Positions 9,174 to 19,740 are shown, numbered from the stretch's first letter. The stretch is 56,053 nt of DNA from an uncultured Thermoprotei archaeon (GCA_965367815.1 CBDUKN010000019.1:1-56053), one strand, 5' to 3'. The notes: generated by a model not told the origin, from the letters alone. Numbers and translations are program-made.

Positions 9174-10115
9174 TTACTTAGGAGAAAGCAGTAGTTCTAT
9201 TGACTTTTTTATAGTGAACCTTGCTAAATTTATTTTATCTTCGATAGTTTTCATTACTGTATTTGTCACTTCTACTTTAATACCCACTTTTTCTATTTCT
9301 TTTTTAAGATGTTTATCTACTTCGTCTATTATGAGTAAATCTAGAAAGTCTTTGTAGAGAACAGCAATGCTGTAAGCAGAAGGCTCTATTCCCAAGTCTC
9401 TCATAAGTCTGTCTGTAGGACCTTTCAGCGCTTTTCCTCCCACAATAGGGCTTATAGCGGTTACTTTCTTTCTTCTCAGCTCTTCTCTAATTTCTCTGAG
9501 AGATATAATAGGTCCTATACTCAGGATCGGATTACTTGGACAAACTATTACTAAGTCTGCTTCTCTTAAAGCCTGTAGTGCTTCAGGAGAAGGAGTTGCT
9601 TTTTCTACGCCCTCATAGTATACTTTCTTTACCTTTACTTTGGTTTTTTCTCTTACGAAATATTCTTGGAATTTTAGTACTCCTCTATCTGTTACGATCA
9701 TTGTTCTGACTCTATTGTCGGTCATCGGTATTACCTTTGCTTTTACCCCAAGTTTCTTTGCAATGTCTTCAGCTACTTCAGTAAGCCTACGGCCCTGCTT
9801 AAGTAGTAGTGTTCTGTGAATATGTGTAGCTAAGTCTTTGTCACCGAGCTTAAACCATGTTTCGTAGCCGTATTTTGAGAGCATTTCGAGGCAGTTGAAA
9901 GTGTCGCCTTTGATTCCCCATCCCTTGTTCTTATCGACTATACCTGCTAAAGTATAGGTTATTATATCGAGGTCAGGGCACACGTAGAGTCCGTAAAATT
10001 CTTCATCGTCGCCTGTATTAACTATTATTGAAATGTTTTCTTGAGGTACTATTCTGACTAATCCTTCGAGAAACTTTGCTGCACCAACACCTCCGGCGAG
10101 AGCAGTAATCTTCAC
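9174..10115 (-). CDS. cofD: 2-phospho-L-lactate transferase CofD/FbiA (F420 biosynthesis)
   Basis: LAGGVGAAKF, VNTGDD, VCPDLD, WFKLGDKDLATH, FQEYFV and PSNPILSIGPI motifs. Confidence 0.96.
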   Translation of the reverse strand: MKITALAGGVGAAKFLEGLVRIVPQENISIIVNTGDDEEFYGLYVCPDLDIITYTLAGIVDKNKGWGIKGDTFNCLEMLSKYGYETWFKLGDKDLATHIHRTLLLKQGRRLTEVAEDIAKKLGVKAKVIPMTDNRVRTMIVTDRGVLKFQEYFVREKTKVKVKKVYYEGVEKATPSPEALQALREADLVIVCPSNPILSIGPIISLREIREELRRKKVTAISPIVGGKALKGPTDRLMRDLGIEPSAYSIAVLYKDFLDLLIIDEVDKHLKKEIEKVGIKVEVTNTVMKTIEDKINLARFTIKKSIELLLSPK

Positions 10116-10741
10116 TTACAACCCCACTTATTTAGAAACACTACTTCACTTAATGGTTTTCGGGGAGGAGGCCGAGGAGATTCAGCAGGATATCCCACTG
10201 CAATAATTGCTTGAGGCTCGACGTGCTCAGGTATATTCAGTATTCTTCTCACTTCTTTCTGGCAAAAGAGAGGCGCACAGTACCAGCAAGCCCCTAGGCC
10301 TAAAGCATGCAGTGCAAGTAAGAGATTCTCTATTGCCGCAGCTAGGCTCTGAACACCCATTATGTATTCAGCGAAGCACCTTCTTTCGTCCGGATACCTA
10401 TGTAAAACACTTTTATCTAAACAAGCTATGATTAAGTACGGCGGCTCAAGAAAACGCCTAAAAGTTTCCTCTTCAATAGTTTCCTCAATAACGTGTTCAG
10501 GTACTCCGTCGCGCAGCATATCTCTTCTCCAAGCTTCAGCCATTGCTTCAGCAAGCTTTAATCGAATACTCTTATCTTCAAGCACTATAAAACGCCAAGG
10601 CTGAGCATTATGAGCATTAGGAGCCCATATTGCCGCCTCCAAAGCCGTAAGTACTAACTCTAAGTCAGGAGCTTTACAGCTAAACTTCCTTACACTTCTC
10701 CTAGTCTTAATGAGGCTAAAAAATTCCTCAACATTCTTCAC
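10112..10741 (-). CDS. Nitroreductase-family protein resembling the FbiB C-terminal domain / FbiE (candidate dehydro-F420 reductase)
   Basis: RRSVRKF, APNAHNAQPWRF, AWRRDMLRDG, HRYPDERRCFAE and LGACW motifs; its stop overlaps the cofD start by 4 bp. Confidence 0.8.
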   Translation of the reverse strand: MKNVEEFFSLIKTRRSVRKFSCKAPDLELVLTALEAAIWAPNAHNAQPWRFIVLEDKSIRLKLAEAMAEAWRRDMLRDGVPEHVIEETIEEETFRRFLEPPYLIIACLDKSVLHRYPDERRCFAEYIMGVQSLAAAIENLLLALHALGLGACWYCAPLFCQKEVRRILNIPEHVEPQAIIAVGYPAESPRPPPRKPLSEVVFLNKWGCK

Positions 10742-10793
10742 GTAGACACCTTCAATTAATCATAGGTAATGAAAGAAAAATCTATACGTTAGT

Positions 10794-11558
10794 TCAGTAT
10801 ACTGCTACATAGTCTACTTCAAGGAAAGTTCTTTTACGGTTTTCTTGTGTAACATGTCTGAAGACTCTTCCGGCATCCTTTTTATCTAGTATGAATACAG
10901 CGTTGTCAAGCCATATGTCTGCTCTCGCTTCAACATTTTCTCCGCTGAAAGGTATCGTGGCTACAAGTTTTTCATCAATATAGAATTTAACTACATCTTT
11001 CCACTCTATTTTATATACATGCCATTTACTTAAATCAAGGTCCTGCATTACTGGATTAATTGAAATTATTTTGATTCCTACAAATTTCTCAGATATTTTC
11101 GATAAATAGTATGCTACCTTAAATAACCTATTTTTCTCAAATAGAATTATTGGCTGGAAAATATTTTTTGCTTGCACAAAGAACCCTTGCAGAGGATAAG
11201 GTCCTCTTGCTCTTAAGTAAATGAACCATATGGGTACACATGTGTCTACTACCATTGTGTGGTTCCAGAAACCCCATCCCGCGCTACCGTAGTGTGTTCC
11301 CTCGAGTCTTATTTTTGCCTCAAATGTTTTCTTGCTCCAGGGAAGGTCATCGAACTTGCCGTCGGAAATTTCGGCGTTAGAATAGTATAGTGCCTCAGTA
11401 GGCCCCATCCATATTCTCAGAACACTATCCTTGACTTCGAATCCAGCGTAGTTATCTATTCTCCAGTTCCAGTAAGGAGACTTTTTGTTAAAATCATCTT
11501 TAATAGTGCCTCTTTCTACTGCTTCTTTTCTTAATTTCGAGCGAATATCTTCTGTCAA
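10794..11558 (-). CDS. Concanavalin-A/GH16-like beta-sandwich protein
   Basis: GSAGWGFWN, WHVYKIEW...VKFYIDE and WLDN motifs. Confidence 0.6.
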   Translation of the reverse strand: MTEDIRSKLRKEAVERGTIKDDFNKKSPYWNWRIDNYAGFEVKDSVLRIWMGPTEALYYSNAEISDGKFDDLPWSKKTFEAKIRLEGTHYGSAGWGFWNHTMVVDTCVPIWFIYLRARGPYPLQGFFVQAKNIFQPIILFEKNRLFKVAYYLSKISEKFVGIKIISINPVMQDLDLSKWHVYKIEWKDVVKFYIDEKLVATIPFSGENVEARADIWLDNAVFILDKKDAGRVFRHVTQENRKRTFLEVDYVAVY

Positions 11559-11691
11559 AGAGACCCCTATTTAATGTCTCTCGATGAATAAAAATCATTA
11601 TTTTCTTTAAGAACTTGTCTACTAAGCGTGAATTGAAAGACTTCTTTATGGCATGGTAGAAAGTAATAAGTACTTCTAGTTAAAGTATGTT

Positions 11692-12564
11692 GTGCGGTCG
11701 AGTAATTTAAAGGGCCTTTTGGCGCTAATAGGCACTACGGTTCTCTGGGCTACATCTTTTCCAGCGATAAAAATTGTTATGAGTACTTTAGATGCATATA
11801 CTTATACTTGGCTGAGAAGCCTTATAGCTGCTTTAAGTCTCTTGCCTTACATAGTATACTCTTACTTTAAAGGTAAAGTGAGCGTAGAAGCCGTTAGGGG
11901 AGGATTATTTGTAGGAGTAGCTTATGCTCTCGGGCTATGGCTTCAGGGCTGGGGCACTAAATACACTACTGCTTCTAACTCTGCTTTCATTACAGGACTA
12001 AACGTCGTCTTTGTGCACCTTTATGTATCCTTAGTAGAGCGAAGATACTCGCTGAACCTCTTCTTGTCGCTTATGCTCTCTGCTACTGGTCTCTATTTGC
12101 TGACTTCTCCCCAAGTGTCGGTAAATATTGGAGATATTCTAGTTTTAGCTGGTGCTGTAGCATGGGCTGCTCAAGTAGTACTTTTATCAAAGTGTTCTAG
12201 ACACGACCCTGTGGTCATAACTTTTTTTGAAATGTTGCCTGCAGTAGTTTTTGTTGTACCGAGTGTAAGCTACCTAGAGGCTGAGACCTTTTCTCAGACT
12301 ATAGTTTTAGCAATAGTGTACTTGGCGCTAGTCTGTGGGAACAGTGCTTTTATACTGCAGGCTTATGGCCAGCGCTTTATTGCACCTGAGATAGCTTCAC
12401 TGATTTTTCTGCTTGAGCCGGTATTCGCTTCAGTTTTCTCCTATATTGTTTTAAAAGAGGCACTTGAGCCGCTACAAGTCTTAGGGGCAGGGCTAATAGT
12501 AGCGGGTATGGCTATAGCAGAAATTAGTGGTTTAAAGAAAAAATCTAGTAAATTTAGCCGGTAA
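11692..12564 (+). CDS. DMT/EamA family transporter
   Basis: About 10 TM segments in two repeats; LWATSFPAIK, TTASNSAFIT and LLEPVFA motifs. Confidence 0.93.
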   Translation: MRSSNLKGLLALIGTTVLWATSFPAIKIVMSTLDAYTYTWLRSLIAALSLLPYIVYSYFKGKVSVEAVRGGLFVGVAYALGLWLQGWGTKYTTASNSAFITGLNVVFVHLYVSLVERRYSLNLFLSLMLSATGLYLLTSPQVSVNIGDILVLAGAVAWAAQVVLLSKCSRHDPVVITFFEMLPAVVFVVPSVSYLEAETFSQTIVLAIVYLALVCGNSAFILQAYGQRFIAPEIASLIFLLEPVFASVFSYIVLKEALEPLQVLGAGLIVAGMAIAEISGLKKKSSKFSR

Positions 12565-13864
12565 TTCTTACTTTTTCGAAGAGTATTGAAGGAGTTATAA
12601 TAGAGCCTAGTTGCGTTTTATCTGAAGCTACTTCAACTATACTCTGCATAAGTGCGTAGGCGTTTCCTGCAACCATGCCCCATCTAACTGGTTTAGTTAA
12701 TTCACCATTTTCTATGAGAAAAGCTTGCCTTAGTTCTGCCGAAAAGTCTCCTGTAATCGGGTTAATGAATGTTGGTGGAAGTCGTGGAATATAAACTCCC
12801 TTCTTTACTTCACTTACTAAGTCTTCGAAAGACTTTGCTCCAGCCTCAATAATAAGATTTGTTGCAGCTATTGCGGGGAAAGGTCTACTCAGCGAAGCGT
12901 TTCCAGTGCTCTCTGTATTCATTAGTCTTGCAGTGTAGTAGTCGTAAAGATATGTTTTCAGGACACCCTTTTCTATAACTGTCTTCTTTTTCGTGGGATA
13001 TCCTTCTCCATCACATGGAGCTGTTCTTACTCCACGCGGAAGAGTACCATCGTCTACTACTGTGAGCTGTTTTGACGCGACTTCTGTGTTTAAGCGCTCA
13101 GCCCAAGGAGACCTCTTTTTTCTAACGTTATCGGCGTTCGCGGCGAAAGCTATTACCGAGATTATTTGGCTGACGGCATCGGGCGCCATTAGCACTGTAT
13201 ATTCTCCTGGCTCTATTTTCTCGGGACTCAAGGTTTTATGTGCTAGTTCAGCTAGTTCTCCGACATTTTCTTCGAGCTTTAGGTCTTCCCAATATATTGT
13301 GCTTCTTTCTCTGAAGCTTTCCGAGCCTCCTGACTTTCCGTAGGCTGTAAGAGTAATAGAGAAACTAGCTCTTGTCTTACTGTACTCTACGTCTACTCCT
13401 TCGCTGTTAACTAAGCGCAGAGTACTTACTCCTAAGTATACTTCACCTTGAGTAATTACAGTTTTCCCGGCTTTAGCTTTCTCGACTGCCTTAAGGACAT
13501 AGTCTACTACTTCAGAAGGCTCTGCTGAAGCTATTTTGTTATCGAAAATTTCAGAGACCGCTGATAGAGGCTTAGGCGAAATAAGTGTACAGAATTCAGG
13601 GTCTGGTCTAGATGTTTTCATAAAGGCTACTGCAGTTTGAACAGCTTCACGTATTCTTTCTTCAGTTAGACTATTTACTGAAGCTAAACCTACGCGCTTT
13701 TCTTTAACAACCATTACTCTGAGACTATTTTCACTTGAGGTTTCGAAGTAGACTACTTTATTGTTCTCTACGAGTACTCTCCGGAAACTACTTGATATCT
13801 CCAATACTTCTGCTTGATCGGCTTCTTTAAGTGCTTCTTTAAGAGCCTTTTCAGCCCACATCAC
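12554..13864 (-). CDS. pmbA: TldE/PmbA family protein
   Basis: DGEG, STGNA and NPITGDFS motifs, no HExxxH; coupled to tldD. Confidence 0.88.
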   Translation of the reverse strand: MMWAEKALKEALKEADQAEVLEISSSFRRVLVENNKVVYFETSSENSLRVMVVKEKRVGLASVNSLTEERIREAVQTAVAFMKTSRPDPEFCTLISPKPLSAVSEIFDNKIASAEPSEVVDYVLKAVEKAKAGKTVITQGEVYLGVSTLRLVNSEGVDVEYSKTRASFSITLTAYGKSGGSESFRERSTIYWEDLKLEENVGELAELAHKTLSPEKIEPGEYTVLMAPDAVSQIISVIAFAANADNVRKKRSPWAERLNTEVASKQLTVVDDGTLPRGVRTAPCDGEGYPTKKKTVIEKGVLKTYLYDYYTARLMNTESTGNASLSRPFPAIAATNLIIEAGAKSFEDLVSEVKKGVYIPRLPPTFINPITGDFSAELRQAFLIENGELTKPVRWGMVAGNAYALMQSIVEVASDKTQLGSIITPSILFEKVRITG

Positions 13865-15270
13865 CTACCACCTACACCCACAATCATTTCAGATACTCTA
13901 ACAGTAGGGCCTCCAGTAGTCACAGGCACGTAGTCTCCAGCATAGCCTTTGCCACAGAACCCTGGCTCGAGTACAAAGTTTTTACCTACTGCATCTACTT
14001 TCTTCAATATATCGAGGGCTCTGCCTGAAATAGACACTGCTCTTAAAAGCTTCTTTAGCTCACCGTTCTCGATAAGCCACGCTTTAAGCGCAGATACCTG
14101 GAAACCTCCTCCAACAGGATCTTCCATTCCTCCTAAAGCTTTTTCAACGTAAACTCCGTGCTTAGTATCCTCGATTATTTCTTCTGGACTCCAGTTGCCT
14201 GGAGCAATAAAGGTATTAGACATTCTGACGTAGACTCGGTGTCTCGGGTCTTGTGCTCTGCCGTTTCCTGTAGACTTTACTCCCATTATGCCTGCTGTTT
14301 CTCTGCTGTGCATGTATGTTTTCAAGACACCTTTTTCTAGGAGAACTTTTCGCTGAGCTGGAACACCTTCGTCGTCGTAGAAGTAGGAGCCGTAGGCTCC
14401 CGGCACAGTAGCGTCGTCTACTATAGTCACTTCGTCTGAACCTATTTTCTTTCCTACTAGTCCGCTAAGAAAAGACTTCGCGTTAAGTATATTGTCGGCT
14501 TCGGCAGCGTGCCCAAATACTTCGTGAGCAAAAGTGCCGCTGACTCTACCATCCATGACAACAGTCATTGTCCCTCCCTTAATAGTTTCGGCAGAGAGAA
14601 GCTCTACTGCCTCTTTGCCCAGTTTTAAGCCCAGCTCGTTTATATCTAGTTCACGTATTTTCTCGTAGCCGTACTGTCCTCCAATTGCCTCATATGAGGC
14701 TTGAGTTTTCTCAGCCTCGCGGGCTACTGCCGAAGCATAGAGAAAAACTGACGGGAGTTTCTGGTAAATAGAAGCTCCCTCGCTATTTAAGTAAAGGATT
14801 TCACGACTAGAGTCGCTGTAAGTTGTTCTGCAGTTGACGATACGGCTATCAGTGTTCCTAATAATTTTATTGAACTCAAGTACAAGCTTTATTTTCTCCT
14901 CTACATCTACGTCACTAGGACTTATTTTGACTGAAACTTCCTTTGAATCAGAATAGACTTTTTCTTCAGATAACTTTACTTCGCCTCCGGCTCTACTCGC
15001 CAAGGCTTTAGCGGAGGCAATAGCTTCTCTAAAAGCCTTTTTAATAGATTCTGGTGAAAAATCGTCAGTAGACCCTATGCCCCAGCATCCTTTAACAAGT
15101 GCTCTTATACCTATAACACGTGAATTGGCTTTGTTCAGTCCCTTTAAGACACTGTTTTCTACGCTAGTCGAGAAAGAAGTCAAGAATTCTGCTCTTACGT
15201 CAATGAATTCTGCTTCACTTGAAAACTCCTCTATAGTTCTAGCCAAAAAGTCCTGCAGCTCCCTTAGCAC
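13861..15270 (-). CDS. tldD: TldD family metalloprotease
   Basis: HEVFGHAAEAD, YDDEG, RMSNT and CGKG motifs. Confidence 0.93.
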   Translation of the reverse strand: MLRELQDFLARTIEEFSSEAEFIDVRAEFLTSFSTSVENSVLKGLNKANSRVIGIRALVKGCWGIGSTDDFSPESIKKAFREAIASAKALASRAGGEVKLSEEKVYSDSKEVSVKISPSDVDVEEKIKLVLEFNKIIRNTDSRIVNCRTTYSDSSREILYLNSEGASIYQKLPSVFLYASAVAREAEKTQASYEAIGGQYGYEKIRELDINELGLKLGKEAVELLSAETIKGGTMTVVMDGRVSGTFAHEVFGHAAEADNILNAKSFLSGLVGKKIGSDEVTIVDDATVPGAYGSYFYDDEGVPAQRKVLLEKGVLKTYMHSRETAGIMGVKSTGNGRAQDPRHRVYVRMSNTFIAPGNWSPEEIIEDTKHGVYVEKALGGMEDPVGGGFQVSALKAWLIENGELKKLLRAVSISGRALDILKKVDAVGKNFVLEPGFCGKGYAGDYVPVTTGGPTVRVSEMIVGVGGR

Positions 15271-15444
15271 ATGAAGTACTCGTTTCTGACACTATATTAG
15301 CTTTAGCCGCGTAGACAAAAGTAGGTCTCCGCCTAACGCCATCAAGACTCTTTTTCAAAAAGCTTAAAGCATAGTAAATTTAACACAAGCATAGCAAGTA
15401 TAGTTTTTATTACATTTAATTGCGAAGAAATTAGAGGTGGTGGG

Positions 15445-16767
15445 ATGGATTCATCTAAACCTAAAATTACTATAGTTGGCGCCGGAAGTGTATTAACGCT
15501 GAAGCTGCTGGGAGATTTTTATAGAGTCGGAGATCTCTGGGGCAGTGAATTCGTTTTATACGATATAAATGAAGAAAGACTTAAAGCAATGTATACTGCT
15601 GTCAAGCGATATGTTGAGAAAACTAATGTGGATCTCAAAGTCTCTATGACTACAAATAAGACTGAGGCGCTAGAAAACGCGGATTTTGTTATAGTGGCTA
15701 TTAGAGCTGGAGGACTTAAAGCGACTAAAGCCTCTATAGAGATATCCTTCAAGTATGGCGCTATACCCATTACAGGAGACACTACAGGTCCAAGCGGAAT
15801 ACTCAAAGCAATAACAGAAATCCCGGCAATACTAGATATCGCGTGGACTCTCGAAGATGTCTCACCTAAGGCCTTAATCTTGAATCACACTAATCCCGTG
15901 ACAGCAGTCTGTACAGCTGTCTACATGGCTTCTAAAATTAGTATTGTGGGAATGTGCCACGGCTATCCTTTAACAAAATTCACTTCCGCGTTACTCGACC
16001 TCGAGTACGAAGCCTTGAAGTCTACGGTAGCTGGAATAAATCACTTAACGTGGCTTACAGAAATTACTTACAAAGGTGAAAGCATATTAGAGGAGCTTAA
16101 AGAAGCTGTAATTCAGGGCCGCAAGTGGGACGTCATAGAGAATAATCCCTATCTAGTAGGTAGACAGCTTCTAAAAACATACGGCATGCTTGTTTCTGTT
16201 TCAGATAGACATACTGCAGAATTCTTCCATTATCTTTATGACTGACTAAACGACCCCAAGATAGGTAAAGTTCTCAGAAAAATTAGCCGCGTAATAGACT
16301 ATGAGAAAGGAACTTTATCTGAAGAATTTTTCCGCAAAAGAGAAGCTGCCTGGCAGAAAGTACTGAGAGTCGCTAGAGGCGAAGAAAAAGTCGAGCCCTC
16401 AGATCTCTTCTACTTAGACATCATATCGTCGATAGTCAATGATATTAAAAGAGAAACAAGAATAGCTAACATACCTAATCAATCCTATATTGAGGGAATA
16501 AAGGACGGAAGAATAGTTGAAGTACCCTGCACAGTAGATAGAAGCGGACTAAAGGGCAAGAAAGTAGGCAGATTAACTCGCCCCGTTTTAGCTATTCTAA
16601 ATCTGCATTTAGAGAAATTCGAGATTCTCGCTCAAGGCATATTAGAGAAAGATAAAGAACTAATACTAGAAGCCATGGGCATCGACCCTACTACACCTTC
16701 ACCCGAAAAAGCCGAAGCTATATTAAACGAATATCTCTCCGTGATAAATCCTTTCAGTAAAACCTAG
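15445..16767 (+). pseudogene. Family 4 glycoside hydrolase (alpha-galactosidase-like) with one in-frame TGA
   Basis: KITIVGAGS, NHTNP, GMCHG and AGINH motifs; TGA at 16243-16245, after which the same frame stays open (ANIPN...IVEVP...IDP) to TAG 16767, giving 440 codons. Confidence 0.85.
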
Positions 16768-16834
16768 CTTCAAGAGAAATAATTTCAATACTTATAGTTA
16801 AACTTTATTTTTTAAGGTTTAACTGTTTACTTGA

Positions 16835-17085
16835 ATGTTTAGCGAAGCAAAATATGTTGTTAGAGTACATAAAAAGGGTTAATAGTGCTGCCAGCAGAGT
16901 TGCGCAGAAAATATGGCATTAAGGAGGGGTCAGAAGTAGTCTTGATAGATAATAAAGGCTACTTAATTATGATACCTAGGCGAAGTATTACTGAACTCTA
17001 TGGTTCAGCTAAAGAGTACGGCGATATTATTGATGAAATGATAAGAGAGATTCACGAGGAGAGAAAGCGTGAAGTTGGCGGTTGA
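16835..17085 (+). pseudogene. AbrB/MazE antitoxin, frameshifted near 16880
   Basis: MFSEAKYVVRVHKKG, then a frame change to IVLPAELRRKYGIKEGSEV. Confidence 0.75.
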
Positions 17086-17200
17086 TACTGGAATACTTTT
17101 ATTAATTTAAAGGAGATCCCAGAATTAGAGAAGTTACTAAAAATTAACTAGGGGAGCTAAAGCTTATATAGCTGTAACGAACTTAACGGAATTAAGGGTT
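17069..17200 (+). pseudogene. VapC/PIN toxin remnant
   Basis: GTG-KLAVDTGIL overlapping the antitoxin end, later AYIAVTNLTEL; interrupted and truncated. Confidence 0.55.
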
Positions 17201-17215
17201 AATGAGAAAAAGAGT

Positions 17216-17668
17216 TTACTCTGCGTCTTTTGTACTGCGGAAGCAGGTTCTTAGCGAGAGTACTTTAGCTATTTCGGCCAATAATTCATCTACATTGCGA
17301 TATGCTATGAGAATGAAATTGCTCCAAGTTATTCCTCTTATGAGAGCTGAAGTCTTGTCTAGTCTATCTTCTCTACAGTAGGCTATAACTTTCTTGCCTT
17401 TAAGAAGAGCATATGCTATTTCAAAGCCTACGCCTAAGCTAGGATAAGACACATCTGCTATGAGAACATCGCACTTGTCGAGCATCTCTAAGTCTCTCTC
17501 AAATATTTCTTTGGGCGAAGCTCCTCTCTCAATATCCAGTATTTCTTCGAGAACCCACTCAGTGAGTATTTCGCAGCCCATGGCTTTGAGTACTGAAGCT
17601 ATTTTCTTATTGTCCTCTAGGTTAGAGCGATCTCCGAGCATTGGTGCTGCGAAATATACCTTAAGCAC
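17216..17668 (-). CDS. Nucleoside 2-deoxyribosyltransferase / DNPH1 (Rcl)-like N-glycosidase
   Basis: KVYFAAP, IFERD, DVLIADVSYPSLGVGFEIAYA and SALIRG motifs. Confidence 0.9.
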   Translation of the reverse strand: MLKVYFAAPMLGDRSNLEDNKKIASVLKAMGCEILTEWVLEEILDIERGASPKEIFERDLEMLDKCDVLIADVSYPSLGVGFEIAYALLKGKKVIAYCREDRLDKTSALIRGITWSNFILIAYRNVDELLAEIAKVLSLRTCFRSTKDAE

Positions 17669-17699
17669 GTTAATTTCCTTCGGTAAAGCTAGTTAAAGC

Positions 17700-19628
17700 T
17701 TACTTTAGTGCCTCGTAAAGTATTCTTCCGTCGCATTTCTTAGGCTTCCTTAAGCCCATCAGGCGAGCCACTGTCGGAGCAATATCTGTTAGCCTAATAG
17801 GTTCCTTAAGCTTCAGTCCTTCTGCTACGCCGGGCCCTTTCATTAAGAATATTCCATTTACCGTGAAGTCTCCTAATCTAGCTCCAGGCGTGTAGTAAGC
17901 ATGTGTACCGAAAATTTTCTTAGCTCTCCATATGACAGGTCCTTCCATTTCCTCTTTGCCCATTGTCTCGCTATCTAGCATTGAGACTTCTCCGTCCCAG
18001 AACTGGTAAGACGGCTTAAGGTAGTACAGTATGTCCCCTACAGTCTCTGCTTGAGGTTTACCGCCTATATAGGGATCTTCTTCTCTTCTCACAGCTAACT
18101 CGAAGGGACAGGTATTTGTCTCAGGATCTTTAGTGCTCTTCAGGACACTCAAGACCTCGTCTCTAATATCTTCATACTTACTTGGCTCAACTACTCCACC
18201 AGCTTCTCTTCCCTTCAGATTAACCCATATGTATGAAGGCTCGTAGTACGGGTAAGCTAGAGTTTTCTCCAGTACTACTCTATATCTCTTCAAGTTATCG
18301 TCCCACTTGTATTCGAGGAGACCTGCTTCGACGAGTATTTTTCTAAGCGAAATCATCTTCCATGAAGGCAAGCACCCGTGATCCGATACAACAACCACTA
18401 GTGTATCTTCATCACAGAATTTTTCTAATATTTCTCCGACGAACCTATCTGCTATTTTCCATCCCAGCTCCATTACTTCTAGGGCTTTCTCGTATTTTTC
18501 TTCAGTATATGCTGGCAGATCCTTGTAGAGATACCCTAAGTAGTGGTGATTAAGAGAATCAAATATATGGTAGTGGAGAAAACATAGCCTCCACTTCAGC
18601 TTATTGTCAATATAAGTCAAGAGCTTTAGGAGAGCTCTTGCGTTCTTAGCATAGCTTAAAAGAATAGGGTAGTTTAGGTATGCTTTATCTTCGTTAGCTA
18701 CTTTTTCTAAACTAGCGTCCGGCAAAATACCTTTCTCAACGAGCTCTCTACAGAGAGTCTCTGGATAGGCCCACTTTTCGGCAGCAAATATTTCAGTGAG
18801 CTTAATTTTAACAGACTTCCCGTTCTCTGAGAGTTTCTCTAGTTTAGCTCTAAACACGCCTTTAACGCTTCCAGCTGAAGTCTCAAAAACACAGGTAAGC
18901 CAGTTACTCCACTCACCTACCTTAACTGTATGAGCAGAATTATCTTGGACAAACAGTACTGCGTCATATTTCTCGCCGCTAATGCTAATAGCATAGAACT
19001 CTATGAAGACTGTTAGCTCTTCTTCAGTGAAATCTCGGTAAAGCCACTCGCTTCCAGCAATCCTTGAGGCTTTGACGCTTAGTCTATACTTTAAGGCGGG
19101 AAGCTTACTTAGATCTAATTTTTCTTCACCGAGAAACACTAAAGGCTTTTCTTCGGGAGAAGGACTAGTGCTGTAGGTACATGAGTCTGATAAAATTTTC
19201 GGAGGAGCCCCGGGCATGTACCATTCGCCGCTAATTATCGCGCCGTGCTTTAACTCCATGCCCCATCCTGAAGGATAGTTTACTACAATAGACGGTATTC
19301 CATTTTCATCGGCTATTTTCCACAAGTATTCTGCTTTACAGTATTTAGCTAACTGGCTTCTAAATCGGTATTTTTGCCCATAGGGGAGAGTTTCTCCGGG
19401 GAGATGTAGATAGAAGCTAGTTACGCCATGTGTAGCAGTGTCTGCTCCCGTAGCTATTGTAGTCCAATTAGTAGGAGTATCTGTTGGTGGAGAGGGAACA
19501 GCTTCGGCGAAAACTCCTTCTGATAGAAGCTTCTCGAAATTAGGGAGCAGTCCCTCCTCAACATATTTCTTAATAAAGTAGGGTATTGCGCCGTCGAGAC
19601 CTATAATAATAGCTTTCCTATAAACCAC
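17700..19628 (-). CDS. Alkaline phosphatase superfamily phosphodiesterase/nucleotide pyrophosphatase
   Basis: IGLDGA, TPTNWTTIATG, VVSDHG and DIAPT motifs. Confidence 0.9.
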   Translation of the reverse strand: MVYRKAIIIGLDGAIPYFIKKYVEEGLLPNFEKLLSEGVFAEAVPSPPTDTPTNWTTIATGADTATHGVTSFYLHLPGETLPYGQKYRFRSQLAKYCKAEYLWKIADENGIPSIVVNYPSGWGMELKHGAIISGEWYMPGAPPKILSDSCTYSTSPSPEEKPLVFLGEEKLDLSKLPALKYRLSVKASRIAGSEWLYRDFTEEELTVFIEFYAISISGEKYDAVLFVQDNSAHTVKVGEWSNWLTCVFETSAGSVKGVFRAKLEKLSENGKSVKIKLTEIFAAEKWAYPETLCRELVEKGILPDASLEKVANEDKAYLNYPILLSYAKNARALLKLLTYIDNKLKWRLCFLHYHIFDSLNHHYLGYLYKDLPAYTEEKYEKALEVMELGWKIADRFVGEILEKFCDEDTLVVVVSDHGCLPSWKMISLRKILVEAGLLEYKWDDNLKRYRVVLEKTLAYPYYEPSYIWVNLKGREAGGVVEPSKYEDIRDEVLSVLKSTKDPETNTCPFELAVRREEDPYIGGKPQAETVGDILYYLKPSYQFWDGEVSMLDSETMGKEEMEGPVIWRAKKIFGTHAYYTPGARLGDFTVNGIFLMKGPGVAEGLKLKEPIRLTDIAPTVARLMGLRKPKKCDGRILYEALK

Positions 19629-19740
19629 GATAGTAACACAGCAAATCTAAATAAAACACTAAGTCAGCGAAATATTCTTGCATACTTGAGCAGGTAAGCT
19701 AAATCTTTAATACCGCTTAGGTTATTCCCTAGCGAGAAAC

